Shown: positions 1 through 9,486, numbered from the stretch's first letter. The stretch is DNA of 64,000 nucleotides from Candidatus Scatomorpha gallistercoris (GCA_018713005.1 DVFX01000015.1:10699-74698), one strand, 5' to 3'. Numbers and translations are program-made. The notes: generated from the sequence alone by a model not told the origin.

Positions 1-1098
1 GTTGATGACCTCGTCGGCTATGCGCACGGCGTCGTCAATCGGGATGGCGAAGCCGATGCCCTCGGTGCTGGTACCGGAACTGCTGGTGTTGGGCTTGGCG
101 GTGACAATGCCGACCACCTGGCCGTAAGCGTTGTACACGGGGCCGCCGGAGTTGCCCTCATTGACGGCGGCGGAAATCTGGAACATGTTCATCCTGCCCT
201 CTTCGGTGGTAATCACACGGTCGGTGGCGGAGACAATGCCGGGGGTCATGGAGTAGGTGAGCTCACCGAGCGGATTGCCGACGGCGTAGACCGTATCGCC
301 GACGAGCAGGTCGCTGCTGCTGCCGAGAGTGGCGGCGGAAAGGCCGGTCGCGTCTATCTTGATGATGGCGACGTCGTTGTTGCGTTCAAAGCCGATTACC
401 TCTGCGGTGTACTCTGTGGTGTCATAGCCGCTCTCGCTGGAGAACATGACGGTGATGGGGGAGTTGGTGTTGTAGGCGTCCTCAATGACGTGGTAGTTGG
501 TGAGGATATAGCCGTCCTCGCTTATAACAAAGCCGGTGCCGGAGACGCTGCCCTGGACCTGCATGCCCCAGACGTTGGTGGTGGTTATGTCGGAGTTGAT
601 GCCGACAACCTGCTTCAGGGCGAGGTTATAATAGATGTCCCTGGCGCTCATTTCACCGCTGCTGTTGTTGGAGACGCTGGAGCCGGTGGTCGTGGGAGTA
701 TTCTCCTGGTTGAGCGTGGTCTGAGGCTGCGCGTCGTCGCCGTTTAGGCTGCCCGCGATCACTCCGCCGAAGCCGCCGCCGACCAGGGCGCACACCAGGC
801 ACAGGGCCACGATAGCTGCGGCCGGCATACCGCGCCGCTGTTTCTTTTGCTTGGGCTCCTTGCGGCGGGCGCTGGGCGAATAGAAGTTGGGCGTCGAGGC
901 CCCTTCGCCTTCGCTGGTGTAGTTGGCGTCACGGTAACCGGGGTCGTGATTTGACGATTCGTCCTGTGCGGCGTCAAAGCTCTTGCCCGCGTCCGGCTTC
1001 ACCATGCGATAGCTGCCGTCATCGGATGGAACGCTGCTGTTTCCGCTGCTTTCTGTGTTCTCGTTGTTCAGATTGTCGTTTTCATCATATGGATACAT
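1..1098 (-). CDS. Trypsin-like S1C serine protease (HtrA/DegP family) with an N-terminal membrane anchor. The 3' end runs off the window.
   Basis: My own minus-strand translation from the ATG at 1098 gives MYPYDEND... It has a TM segment AAIVALCLVCALVGGGFGGVIAG, catalytic-triad contexts TNYHV, NDVAIIKI and GNSGGP, and then GIGFAIPID. It is absent from the ORF track because it is open at the window edge. Confidence 0.85.
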   Translation of the reverse strand, partial: MYPYDENDNLNNENTESSGNSSVPSDDGSYRMVKPDAGKSFDAAQDESSNHDPGYRDANYTSEGEGASTPNFYSPSARRKEPKQKKQRRGMPAAAIVALCLVCALVGGGFGGVIAGSLNGDDAQPQTTLNQENTPTTTGSSVSNNSSGEMSARDIYYNLALKQVVGINSDITTTNVWGMQVQGSVSGTGFVISEDGYILTNYHVIEDAYNTNSPITVMFSSESGYDTTEYTAEVIGFERNNDVAIIKIDATGLSAATLGSSSDLLVGDTVYAVGNPLGELTYSMTPGIVSATDRVITTEEGRMNMFQISAAVNEGNSGGPVYNAYGQVVGIVTAKPNTSSSGTSTEGIGFAIPIDDAVRIADEVIN

Positions 1099-1225
1099 GG
1101 TCTTTAACCTCCCATGTTTTTTGTTTACGCTGGTAATAATAAAGTCAATTTGTGAAATGGTTATGAACGAACTTCAGACTATATTTTAAATTAGGATTTA
1201 GATTTCATTTAAGCCCTGAATGAGC

Positions 1226-1260
1226 GAAAAACCGCCCGGGCATATTTGCCCGGGCGGCTG
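1226..1260 (-). terminator. Rho-independent terminator after the ABC permease gene
   Basis: A perfect 10-bp stem CCGCCCGGGC/GCCCGGGCGG (1232-1257) is followed on the minus strand by TTTTT. Confidence 0.7.
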
Positions 1261-1271
1261 TCAGACTGCGT

Positions 1272-3069
1272 TCAGCCAAGTGAGGCAGAGGCGGTTTCGG
1301 CCAGGGTGTTGAGCTCCACGCCGTGAGCGAGCAGCCACTCGTTGGTGCGCTCCGAGTACACGGTCGGCACGGTGTAGAAATACGTCGATTGGCGTCCGCT
1401 CCCGCTGTTGACTGTTACGTTGAGCTCGATACGGCAATCGTAGACGCTGTTGTAGTACGTCTCGTCAGTCACATACCAGACGAGGCCAATCTTAGCCTCG
1501 CGCATGTCGGGAAGGATGCAGGTGTTGTACAGCTCTGCGGCTTCTTCTGATGTGAGCTCCAGCGCCTGCTCCTCCTGTATGCCGTCCTCGCTTAAGGCGG
1601 GACGGAAGTACACAAAGGCTTCGGTTACGTTGGAGGGACGAAGCTGGCTCCAGGCCTCCTTGCGCGAGGCTATGCCCTCGTTGGAGTTCATAAGCTCTTC
1701 AAGCCCGGTAAGGGTGTCTGTGTCCGTGCCGGCTATGAAGTAGCGGCGCATCATTTCGCTGCCGTCGGCCATGCGGTACTGCAGATAGACACTTACGCCG
1801 CTCCAGCCGCCGCGCTCGGCTTCCTCATTTGTTTTGCGTCCCTCTATTGCGTTTTCGTGCAGGCTGATAGCCGCCTCGATGTGCTCGGACTCGTCGAACA
1901 CGGCGGAGATACCAGAGGTGTCTACTGTGACGCTGCTGACTTTGGAGGGATCCGGCAGGTTTGTCTCATATCCAGTCGCGTCCAGCTCGCAGGACACTAC
2001 AAAGACGCAGCAGAGCAGGCCGGTCAGGGCCCAGCCTATATAGCTCCGCCTGCTGCCGAACACGGCGAAGCTCTTGCTGAGCAGCATTTCGGCTCCAAAG
2101 TATCCGATGAAGGCGCCCGCCGCCATGCACGCGGAGTACACCAGGGCGGGGCCGAGCCCGTCGCGCGGGGAATTGCCGAAGGGCAGGGTGTAGAGCATAT
2201 TGCCCAGTATGAACGCGCAGGCCAGCGCGCAGACGTATTTGAAAACGGGTCTCACGGATGCGATTGCGACCACGTCGCCCGCGCTCTCAATATTGCGGCG
2301 CTTGTAAAGCGCCATTGAGGCTGGCAGCAGCATGGCGCCGAGCAGACCGTAGAGCATCATCCAGCTCCAGCCTGCCAGGGTTACCTGGTCTGTGGCGCCG
2401 TATGTCGTGTAGACATTGCTTATCAGGTTGACGAGAGGAGAGAGCACATTGGCCCAGTTGGAGCCGGGGTTTACATAGCCGTAGCAGAACATGGACGGCA
2501 CGATCAGCCCCATATCACCCAGGGCGGAGGCGACGACGTTGACGGCGATAAACAGCAGCGGCATTATCACAATGTGCCCTGTCAGCTGCGCGCAGAGGGC
2601 GGCCAGGCCGAAATAGCACAGGGTCAGCAGGGAGACGGCGCCAAGCCACTGCGCCAGCGCGCCGAGGCCGGAGGCGCCGAACAGCGCCTCCACAGCCAGA
2701 GATACGAGGAACACGAGCAGGTTTGCAGCCATAAGCGGCAGCAGACCCGCCGCTGCAAGGGACAGGAACATGGAGCCGCGGTCAACAGGCAGGGCGGCGA
2801 AGAAGCCGGCCGAGCGCTCGGAATAGAGGTGAGAGAACACGGCCATGGCAGCAGCACAGGCCGCCGCCGGGCAGAGCATGACGGCGGTGTTCGGTATGGA
2901 ATTGAGCACGAGCGAGTTCGCGTCCGTGGCCGTCCAGCGCGTGAGCGTGTCGATTATGCTGACTGGCAGCACAAGCATCCAGATGAAGGCGTAGACCGCC
3001 CAGATGGGCCAGAAGCGCAGGACGCTCTTTGCGAAAATGCCGCGCTCAAAGTGCAATGTCGCGGACTTC
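1272..3069 (-). CDS. Large polytopic ABC-2-type transporter permease
   Basis: There are multiple hydrophobic helices and a large extracytoplasmic C-terminal domain. The likely start is the GTG at 3069, preceded by GGGAGGTGAGGG. It overlaps the end of the upstream ATPase gene, which suggests translational coupling. Confidence 0.7.
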
Positions 3070-3960
3070 ACGTCCCTCACCTCCCAGCTCGTATATGAAT
3101 ATCTCCTCCAGCGTGAGGGGCACGGCGTCCACAAAGAGGGGGCCCTCGCGCTCTATGCGCTCCGTGACCGCCTCGGGCGAGCCCCGGACGATGAGGGTTT
3201 TAAGCTTGCCGGGGCCGGAGATGTGCATGACGTCCAGCCAGGCGGGAATCTCCCTGCCCTCGGGCATGACCAGCTGTATCTTACATATATTCTCCTGCAG
3301 CTCAGAGAGCTGACGCTCCAGCAGCATCCTGCCGTTGTGTATGAAGCCGACGTTGTCGCACACGTCCTCAAGCTCGCGCAGGTTGTGCGACGAGACGAGT
3401 ACGCCAATACCGTGCTCAGCCACGTCGGAGAGCAGCAGAGACCAGACCTGACGGCGCATTACGGGGTCCAGGCCGTCGACCGGCTCGTCCAGTACAAGCA
3501 GCTCAGGCCGCATGGAGAGGGCCAGCCAGAAGGCGGCCTGCTTCTTCATGCCTCGCGAAAAGCGCCTTATCGGCATCTTGCGGTCTATGGGGAAGGCTTC
3601 GGCCAAGCGTTCGAAGCGCTCGGCGTCGAAGCTCGGGAACACGCTTTTGTAAAAGCGCATCATGTCGTTGACGTTGGCCTGCGGGAAGTAGAACACTTCG
3701 TCGGGGATGTAGGCCATGCGCGCCTTGACAGCGGTGTTTTCAAACACCGGCTCCCCGTCGGCAAGCACCTGCCCGCTGTCTGCGCGCAGTATGCCCGTTA
3801 TGTGGCGTATGGCGGTTGCTTTGCCCGCTCCGTTCGGCCCTACCAGCCCGTAGACCGCGCCGGAGGGTATGTGCATGTCCAGTCCGTCCAGGGCCTGATG
3901 AGCGCCGAAGCACTTTTTTACCCCGATAAGTTCAATTATCATCGTGCGCCGCCCTCCCAT
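3046..3960 (-). CDS. ABC transporter ATP-binding protein
   Basis: Walker A GPNGAGKAT, signature FSRGMKKQ-like, Walker B LLVLDEP and the H-loop SSH context are present. Confidence 0.9.
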   Translation of the reverse strand: MGGRRTMIIELIGVKKCFGAHQALDGLDMHIPSGAVYGLVGPNGAGKATAIRHITGILRADSGQVLADGEPVFENTAVKARMAYIPDEVFYFPQANVNDMMRFYKSVFPSFDAERFERLAEAFPIDRKMPIRRFSRGMKKQAAFWLALSMRPELLVLDEPVDGLDPVMRRQVWSLLLSDVAEHGIGVLVSSHNLRELEDVCDNVGFIHNGRMLLERQLSELQENICKIQLVMPEGREIPAWLDVMHISGPGKLKTLIVRGSPEAVTERIEREGPLFVDAVPLTLEEIFIYELGGEGREVRDIAL

Positions 3961-4303
3961 CTATCCTGTCCTTGAGCTCCTCCGCCGTGAGTCCGAGGTA
4001 GGTCAGCTCCTCCACGGCGTCGTCAAAGGCGCGCAGCAGCTCGTCACGCCGCGCGGAGTCCACGCCCGCCATCTCGCGGGCAAAGCTGCCCTTGCCGGGC
4101 ACGGAGACGATGTAGCCCTCGTGCTCAAGCTCGCGGTAGGCGCGCTGAATGGTGTTCGGGTTTATAACGAGCTGGCTGGCCAGCTCTCGCACGGAGGGCA
4201 GCTTCTCATCCGGCGGCAGCGCGCCGGACACTATGAGCCGCCGCAGCGAGTCCTTGACCTGCTCATAGATGGGACGCGAATCCCGGAAATTTATTGAAAT
4301 CAT
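3932..4303 (-). CDS. GntR-family transcriptional regulator, short YtrA-like subfamily
   Basis: The N-terminal wHTH reads PIYEQVKDSLRRLIVSGALPPDEKLPSVRELASQLVINPNTIQRAYRELEHEGYI, with only a short C-terminal tail. It sits first in an operon with the ABC ATPase and permease. The start is taken at ATG 4303 (MISINF) rather than the TTG at 4318. Confidence 0.85.
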   Translation of the reverse strand: MISINFRDSRPIYEQVKDSLRRLIVSGALPPDEKLPSVRELASQLVINPNTIQRAYRELEHEGYIVSVPGKGSFAREMAGVDSARRDELLRAFDDAVEELTYLGLTAEELKDRIDGRAAHDDN

Positions 4304-4320
4304 CGCCTCACCCCGCAACC

Positions 4321-4339
4321 GTATTAGTCAACTTAATAC
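4321..4339. promoter_or_regulatory. Inverted repeat GTATTA-N7-TAATAC, a candidate GntR operator
   Basis: The palindrome lies immediately upstream of the GntR start codon. A GT...AC core is typical of GntR-family operators. This is inference only. Confidence 0.3.
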
Positions 4340-4412
4340 AGTTAGGATACACCACCTGAAAGCAGTATGTCAAGCGATTGTATCAAAGTTGTATCATGTC
4401 GGCCCCAATTAG

Positions 4413-4442
4413 CAAAAAAGGAAGGCCCATCGGGCCTTCCTG
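4413..4442 (-). terminator. Rho-independent terminator after the S1-domain gene
   Basis: A 9-bp stem GGAAGGCCC/GGGCCTTCC is followed by TTTTTT on the minus strand. Confidence 0.7.
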
Positions 4443-4452
4443 TAAAGCTTTA

Positions 4453-4920
4453 TCAGCGCGAGCGGCGGCGTGTGCGGTGGTCTGCGTACATCTTGTTGTC
4501 GGCCATGCGGCTGTCGGACTCCTGCATGAAGTGTTTGAGTTTGTCCTCGAAGCTGGCGTCGTTGGTCGGGCCGTTTGCATGCGGCACGCTCTGCCTGTTG
4601 TAGTAGGGGCCGCTGTGGCTGCTGCGCGGCTGGCTGTTGCTGTACTGCCTGGGAGCGCGGCTCGGCCTGGCGTTCTGCGTTTCCGGGATCTCCGCCTTCT
4701 TCATGGAGAGGTTTATCTTCCCGTCGTCGGCTATGCCGATAATTTTGACCTTTACGGTCTGTCCGTCCTGGACGTAGTCGTGTACGTCGTTTACGAATGT
4801 GTTGGCGATCTCGGATATGTGGACGAGTCCGCTTTTGCCGTCGGGCAGAGCTACAAAAGCCCCAAATTTGGTAATGCCGGTTACCTTGCCTTCGAGTACC
4901 ATTCCCACCTGCAGCTGCAT
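4453..4920 (-). CDS. yabR: S1 RNA-binding domain protein (YabR-like)
   Basis: The S1 fold signature is GMVLEGKVTGITKFGAFVALPDGKSGLVHISEIANTFV. Its position after yabP-yabQ-divIC matches Bacillus. Confidence 0.8.
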   Translation of the reverse strand: MQLQVGMVLEGKVTGITKFGAFVALPDGKSGLVHISEIANTFVNDVHDYVQDGQTVKVKIIGIADDGKINLSMKKAEIPETQNARPSRAPRQYSNSQPRSSHSGPYYNRQSVPHANGPTNDASFEDKLKHFMQESDSRMADNKMYADHRTRRRSR

Positions 4921-4929
4921 GTTTTTTCT

Positions 4930-5220
4930 TTATCCCCCTGTATGATATTGCTGTGAATCTATCTCGTCAGGGTATACGAGGCCGAGCCTCTCCCTGGCAA
5001 GTCCTTCAATGACGGATGCCCTGTCAGCCCGGCCTTCGCGCAAAAGCTCTTCAAGCCCGGCGTTTTCCCTCCTCAACTCCGAGGCCCGTTCACTCAGCGC
5101 GTCCCTTGTCCGACTGTATCTCTCTATCTCCGCCCCGGCGGCGGCCAGACCGGCCAGAGCGTACAGAGACAGGGCGGCCGCGGCCAGAAGAGTAATCATA
5201 CCTGCCCTTCCGTGCTTCAC
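4930..5220 (-). CDS. divIC: Septum formation initiator (DivIC/FtsB family)
   Basis: It has a single N-terminal TM helix and then a coiled coil ending in ...RERLGLVYPDEI. The start is a GTG preceded by GAAGGGAG. Confidence 0.75.
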   Translation of the reverse strand: MKHGRAGMITLLAAAALSLYALAGLAAAGAEIERYSRTRDALSERASELRRENAGLEELLREGRADRASVIEGLARERLGLVYPDEIDSQQYHTGG

Positions 5221-5686
5221 GGCGCTTGCTCCCTTCGTATTTTCCCGGCCGCCTTTTGGCCCGCCGGTTGCTTAACATTTTAAACCCACAGCGGACTTTT
5301 GAAAAGATATTTTTTTCAATTTTTTTGATTTTCCTGATTATGCTCAATTTATCAGCCGCTTTGCTGAGCACCTTGCCCAAATTATTAACAAGTTTATATA
5401 AAAACAGACAAATCGGGCGAGACAGCGTGAGCAGATAAGCAGCCAATCCGGCGCCCAGGCAGCAGAGCATAAACCACCTCAGGCGGCCGTCGCCGGGACC
5501 CAGGGCGAACACAAAGAGCGAAAAGCCTGCGGCTATGCAATAGAGCGCGTCCAGCGCCGCCCGGCTGGACTTGCGCGCAGCGCTGTGCCGGAGCGCACGG
5601 ACGAGGTCATAACCAAATCCAAGGAGCGCCCCGGACAGGAGCGAATACACCGCTTGGACGGCCTGTGCGGACAGAGAAAGCTCCAT
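5090..5686 (-). CDS. yabQ: Spore cortex biosynthesis membrane protein YabQ-like
   Basis: The N-terminal half has several TM helices and the tail is basic. It sits directly downstream of yabP. Its Arg/Gly-rich 3' tail overlaps divIC by 131 nt in another frame. Confidence 0.65.
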   Translation of the reverse strand: MELSLSAQAVQAVYSLLSGALLGFGYDLVRALRHSAARKSSRAALDALYCIAAGFSLFVFALGPGDGRLRWFMLCCLGAGLAAYLLTLSRPICLFLYKLVNNLGKVLSKAADKLSIIRKIKKIEKNIFSKVRCGFKMLSNRRAKRRPGKYEGSKRREARKGRYDYSSGRGRPVSVRSGRSGRRRGGDREIQSDKGRAE

Positions 5687-5688
5687 AG

Positions 5689-5973
5689 TTATCCAAACAG
5701 GCGGCTCCAGAACCCCCCGGCCGCAGGCTGGTCGGAATAGCTCAGGTCGTTGACCATGCCCTCCACAGAGAGCTCCCCTGTGTCCAGGCTCAGCTTGCCG
5801 ACGTGCAGCCCGGAGCCGGTGACCGTGAGCTCGCCCAGCACGGTGCGCATGGAGATGCGCTCCTCGTCAAAGCTCAGCACTTCCTCAACGCCGGTTACCG
5901 TCAGGCGCGAGCGCTCATCCATAGTAATGCGCTGCGGCTTGGCCGGGGCCTTGGCCTTGTCCTCGTAACCCAT
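5689..5973 (-). CDS. yabP: Sporulation protein YabP
   Basis: The YabP pattern RLTVTGVEEVLSFDEERISMRTVLGELTVTGSGLHVGKLSLDTGELSVEG is present, with an AGGAGGGTGAG RBS. Confidence 0.85.
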   Translation of the reverse strand: MGYEDKAKAPAKPQRITMDERSRLTVTGVEEVLSFDEERISMRTVLGELTVTGSGLHVGKLSLDTGELSVEGMVNDLSYSDQPAAGGFWSRLFG

Positions 5974-6146
5974 GTCTCACCCTCCTTTATGAGACAATCA
6001 TATGCCCGTCCGCAGGAAAAAATCAGCGCCGCCGGACAGTTTTTTGCGCGCGGCCCGGCGGCGTGAAGTTTTGAGCATTATTTCCGGGTATACTTAATGA
6101 GCAGGAAAAAATCCGGCGCGGAGTTTGGGAGCTTTTGCCGAAGCCC

Positions 6147-6174
6147 TTGACGCCGCGCAAATATGTGTTATGTT
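6147..6174 (+). promoter_or_regulatory. Candidate sigma-A promoter (TTGACG-16-TGtTATGTT)
   Basis: The -35 is TTGACG (6147-6152) and there is an extended -10 TGTTATGTT, 19 nt before the ATG at 6193. Confidence 0.4.
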
Positions 6175-6192
6175 AACTGTGAGGTGATTGAC

Positions 6193-6741
6193 ATGTGGAA
6201 GAAAACCGCTCTGGCGGCGCTGGCCGTGCTGGCGCTGGCAGCCGCGTATATCCGGCCGGTTTACTCCGTGACCGTCGGCTCCCGTCCGCTTCAGGGTTCC
6301 TGGGACAAGCAGAGCCTTGACGAAGCCTCCGCAATGGCCATGGCCGCAGCCGAGGAGGTGGCGCACTCGGGAAGCCGGGCGCCGGTGTACGAGACGAAGA
6401 TGCATCTGTCGCTCTTACCGGCCAGCTCTGACGCGCCGGAGCTCGCCCGCGAGCTGCTCTCGGGTTACGAGGGCGTGCAGCGGGCCTACAGGGTGAGCGT
6501 GGACGGCGTGGATATAGGCATAGCGGAGGACGCCACAGCCTTCGACGAGATTGTGCTGGCGTACATCGCACAGTACGCGCCCGTGGACTGCGTGAGCGCC
6601 GGGCTGGACAGCCAGGTGGAGCTCGAGGAGGTCTATATCCCGCAGGGCAGGGCCGATGACATCATGGATATATCGGCCAAGCTGCGCGGCGCGGCGCGCG
6701 TGAGCTATATCACGAGCGGGGGTGAGCGGGTGTACGCCTAA
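6193..6741 (+). CDS. Hypothetical exported or membrane-anchored protein
   Basis: It has a signal/anchor sequence MWKKTALAALAVLALAAAY and a GAGGTGA RBS. Repeated YxVxVxG motifs resemble the N-terminal regions of cell-wall hydrolase-associated proteins. I recognised no confident family. Confidence 0.55.
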   Translation: MWKKTALAALAVLALAAAYIRPVYSVTVGSRPLQGSWDKQSLDEASAMAMAAAEEVAHSGSRAPVYETKMHLSLLPASSDAPELARELLSGYEGVQRAYRVSVDGVDIGIAEDATAFDEIVLAYIAQYAPVDCVSAGLDSQVELEEVYIPQGRADDIMDISAKLRGAARVSYITSGGERVYA

Positions 6742-7631
6742 AATTCCGCCTCTCCGTCCGGCAGCAGGCAGCGCATGTCGTCAGGCAGCGGGGCCGTGAC
6801 GCGGATATCCTCGCCGGTGAGCGGGTGGACGAGGCGCAGGGCGGCCGAGTGCAGGGCGGGCCGAGCTATATCGCGGCTGAGCCTGCCGTACAGCCGGTCG
6901 CCGAGCAGCGCGCAGCCTATCGAAGCCATATGTACCCTTATCTGATGCGTGCGCCCTGTCTCCGGCCTGAGCCGCACGAGGCAAAGCCCGTCCCAGGCGA
7001 GCTCCACCTTATAGTGCGTCAGGCTGGGAGCGCCGCCGGGGTCTGTGCAGAAGCGCTTTTCCTCTCCGGCGCGGGCGATGGGTGCGTCGATGATACCGCG
7101 CTCCTTCGGCGGCATGCCCACGCAGATGGCCAGATACTCGCGCCGGAAAAGCTCCGTGTGCAGCATCCTGCGCAGCCTGTCATGCATGTATCCGTTCTTG
7201 GCCGCGCACATCAGCCCGGTTGTGCCGCGGTCGAGACGGTTCACCGGGTGGAAGGGCGTGTTCGTGCCGAGATAGGCCGAGACCATGGAGCCAACCGTGG
7301 GCTCGCCCCGCTCGCTGCGGCCGTGTACGGCCATACCGGCAGGCTTGTTGATTATCAGGATGTCGTCGTCCTCCCAGACCACGTCCAGCCTGGGCCCGCC
7401 GGGTGAGAAGGCGCCGGGCTTGGCGTCGCCGACGTCCACGGCCAGCACATCGCCCGCGTGCAGGATATCTATGGTCCTGGCGGGCGCGCCGTTTATGCGC
7501 ACGGAGTCAGGCCGGTGTTTTAGCCTGGTCACCAGCCCTGCCGAGAGCCCGAGCTGCCCCTGGAGTACAGAGCGCACGCGCTTGCCCTCGCCCTCAGGTG
7601 GGACGGCGTACTCTATCGTGCGTCCGCTCAC
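6738..7631 (-). CDS. RluA-family 23S rRNA pseudouridine synthase (RluD-like) with an S4 domain
   Basis: An N-terminal S4-like region is followed by the motifs HRLDRGTTGL and GRTHQIRVH. Confidence 0.9.
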   Translation of the reverse strand: MSGRTIEYAVPPEGEGKRVRSVLQGQLGLSAGLVTRLKHRPDSVRINGAPARTIDILHAGDVLAVDVGDAKPGAFSPGGPRLDVVWEDDDILIINKPAGMAVHGRSERGEPTVGSMVSAYLGTNTPFHPVNRLDRGTTGLMCAAKNGYMHDRLRRMLHTELFRREYLAICVGMPPKERGIIDAPIARAGEEKRFCTDPGGAPSLTHYKVELAWDGLCLVRLRPETGRTHQIRVHMASIGCALLGDRLYGRLSRDIARPALHSAALRLVHPLTGEDIRVTAPLPDDMRCLLPDGEAEF

Positions 7632-8143
7632 AGCTCACCGAGGGCCTCTTCATAGGCGCGCTTTGTCCTGCTGTCGAAGCAGACCATGCGCACGCGCTCA
7701 ATTTCCGTATGCTCCCCGAGATAGTCAGCTATTGCAGAGAGCGCGACGCGCGCGGCCTTGTCCACGGGATAGCCGTAGACGCCGGTGCTTATAGATGGGA
7801 AGTCGACAGTTTTGCAGCCGTACCGGCTCGCCAGCTCCAGGCACGAGCGGTAGCAGCCTGCGAGCTTCTCAGCTTCTCCGTGCGTACCGCCGTTCCAGAC
7901 GGGACCCGGTGTGTGCAGGACGTACCTGGCCTTCAGGTTGTAGCCCTTTGTTATTTTCGCCTTTCCGGTCTCACAGCCGTGCAGGGTGCGGCACTCGGCG
8001 AGCAGCTGCGGCCCAGCAGCGCGGTGGATTGCGCCGTCCACGCCCCCGCCGCCCAGCAGCGAGGTGTTGGCCGCGTTGGCTATGGCATCGGCGTCGGAGC
8101 GGGTGATGTCGCCCTGTATTATCTCAATGCGTGTCTTGTCCAT
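7628..8143 (-). CDS. Macro-domain protein (O-acetyl-ADP-ribose deacetylase, YmdB-like)
   Basis: The sequence MDKTRIEIIQGDITRSDADAIANAANTSLLGGGGVDGAIHRAAG is followed by GVYGYP. The start is at ATG 8143 with an AAGGAGG RBS. Its stop overlaps the rluD-like start. Confidence 0.9.
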   Translation of the reverse strand: MDKTRIEIIQGDITRSDADAIANAANTSLLGGGGVDGAIHRAAGPQLLAECRTLHGCETGKAKITKGYNLKARYVLHTPGPVWNGGTHGEAEKLAGCYRSCLELASRYGCKTVDFPSISTGVYGYPVDKAARVALSAIADYLGEHTEIERVRMVCFDSRTKRAYEEALGEL

Positions 8144-8183
8144 GCTGAAGCCTCCTTTTAGGCCATGATACCACGCCCTGGGC

Positions 8184-8220
8184 AAAAAGGAAACCCCGGA
8201 ACTCTCGTTCCGGGGTTTTA
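8184..8220 (-). terminator. Rho-independent terminator after rplA
   Basis: A 12-bp stem AAACCCCGGAAC/GTTCCGGGGTTT is followed by CCTTTTTG on the minus strand. Confidence 0.8.
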
Positions 8221-8237
8221 CCTGTATAGAGCCGTAC

Positions 8238-8930
8238 TTACTGGGCCTTGTTGGCGTTAATCTTCACGCCGGGGCCCATGGTGGAAGCGGTGACGCAGCT
8301 CCTGATGTACTGGCCCTTGGCGGCAGCGGGCTTGGCGCGCACGATGGCTCCGATGAGGGTGTTGTAGTTCTCAACAAGCTTCTCGGCGCCGAAGCTGACC
8401 TTGCCGATGGGGCAGTGGATGATGTTGGTCTTGTCGAGGCGGTACTCAACCTTACCGGCCTTGGCCTCGCTGACGGCCTGGGCGATGTTGGGGGTGACGG
8501 TACCGGCCTTCGGGCTGGGCATCAGGCCCTTGGGGCCGAGCAGCTTACCGAGACGGCCGACGACGCCCATCATGTCGGGGCTGGCGATAACGGTGTCAAA
8601 CTCGAACCAGTTCTCCTGCTGGATCTTCTGGACGAGCTCCTGGCCGCCGGCGTAATCGGCGCCGGCCGCCTTGGCCTCTTCCTCGCGCTCGGGCTTGCAG
8701 AAAACGAGCACACGGACGGTCTTGCCGGTGCCGTTGGGCAGGACGACGGCGCCGCGGACCTGCTGGTCGGCGTGGCGGGAGTCGACGCCGAGCTTGACGT
8801 GCAGCTCGACGGTCTCGTCGAACTTGGCGCGGCTGGCCTTGCAGACGAGCTCAAAGGCCTCCTGCGGGTCGTACTGAGTCTGCCTATCTATGAGCTTCTC
8901 GCTCTCTTTATAATTCTTACCTCTGAACAA
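8238..8930 (-). CDS. rplA: 50S ribosomal protein L1
   Basis: This is a full-length L1 sequence (…[33 protein letters not shown]…). Confidence 0.97.
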   Translation of the reverse strand: MFRGKNYKESEKLIDRQTQYDPQEAFELVCKASRAKFDETVELHVKLGVDSRHADQQVRGAVVLPNGTGKTVRVLVFCKPEREEEAKAAGADYAGGQELVQKIQQENWFEFDTVIASPDMMGVVGRLGKLLGPKGLMPSPKAGTVTPNIAQAVSEAKAGKVEYRLDKTNIIHCPIGKVSFGAEKLVENYNTLIGAIVRAKPAAAKGQYIRSCVTASTMGPGVKINANKAQ

Positions 8931-9013
8931 TTTGATTTCCTCCTAAAAATGTGGTTCGTCGGAGTTGTTGAGCCTTAGCGGCCCACTTGTCCTCCCACGT
9001 TAGGGGTTTAAGC

Positions 9014-9439
9014 TCAGTCGCCCACCAGGACGCCCATGCTGCGGCAGGTGCCGGCAATCATGCTCATGGCGCTCTCAACGCTGGTGCAGTTGAGGTCGGG
9101 CATCTTCTGCTCGGCTATCTTGCGAAGATCCTCCTTGCTGATGGTGGCAACCTTGTCGCGCTGGGGCACACCGGAGGCCTTGTCGATGCCGCAGGCCTTC
9201 TTTATGAGCAGGGCCGCGGGCGGGGTCTTGGTGATAAAGGTGAAGCTACGGTCGGAGTACACGGTGATGACGACAGGGATCATCATGCCCATGTCGCCCT
9301 TGGTGCGCTCGTTAAAATCCTTGGTGAACTGACCGATGTTCACGCCGTACTGACCCAGAGCGGGGCCGACGGGGGGCGCCGGAGTGGCCTTGCCGGCCGG
9401 CACCTGGAAACGGATATATCCAACGACTTTCTGTGCCAA
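9014..9439 (-). CDS. rplK: 50S ribosomal protein L11
   Basis: The sequence contains [32 protein letters not shown]. Confidence 0.97.
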   Translation of the reverse strand: MAQKVVGYIRFQVPAGKATPAPPVGPALGQYGVNIGQFTKDFNERTKGDMGMMIPVVITVYSDRSFTFITKTPPAALLIKKACGIDKASGVPQRDKVATISKEDLRKIAEQKMPDLNCTSVESAMSMIAGTCRSMGVLVGD

Positions 9440-9486
9440 GTCAAAGCACCTCTTTCATAATATTTAAGCGGGGGAGGGCGAAGCGG

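Noticed and set aside
6026-6070. An inverted repeat CGCCGCCGG...CCGGCGGCG with a T tract on the minus strand lies upstream of yabP.
   Set aside because: It has a 19-nt loop and no minus-strand gene feeding into it. It may be incidental GC-rich symmetry. I also could not confidently call a SigE/SigK promoter for yabP (CATATGAT is only loosely like CATACA-T).
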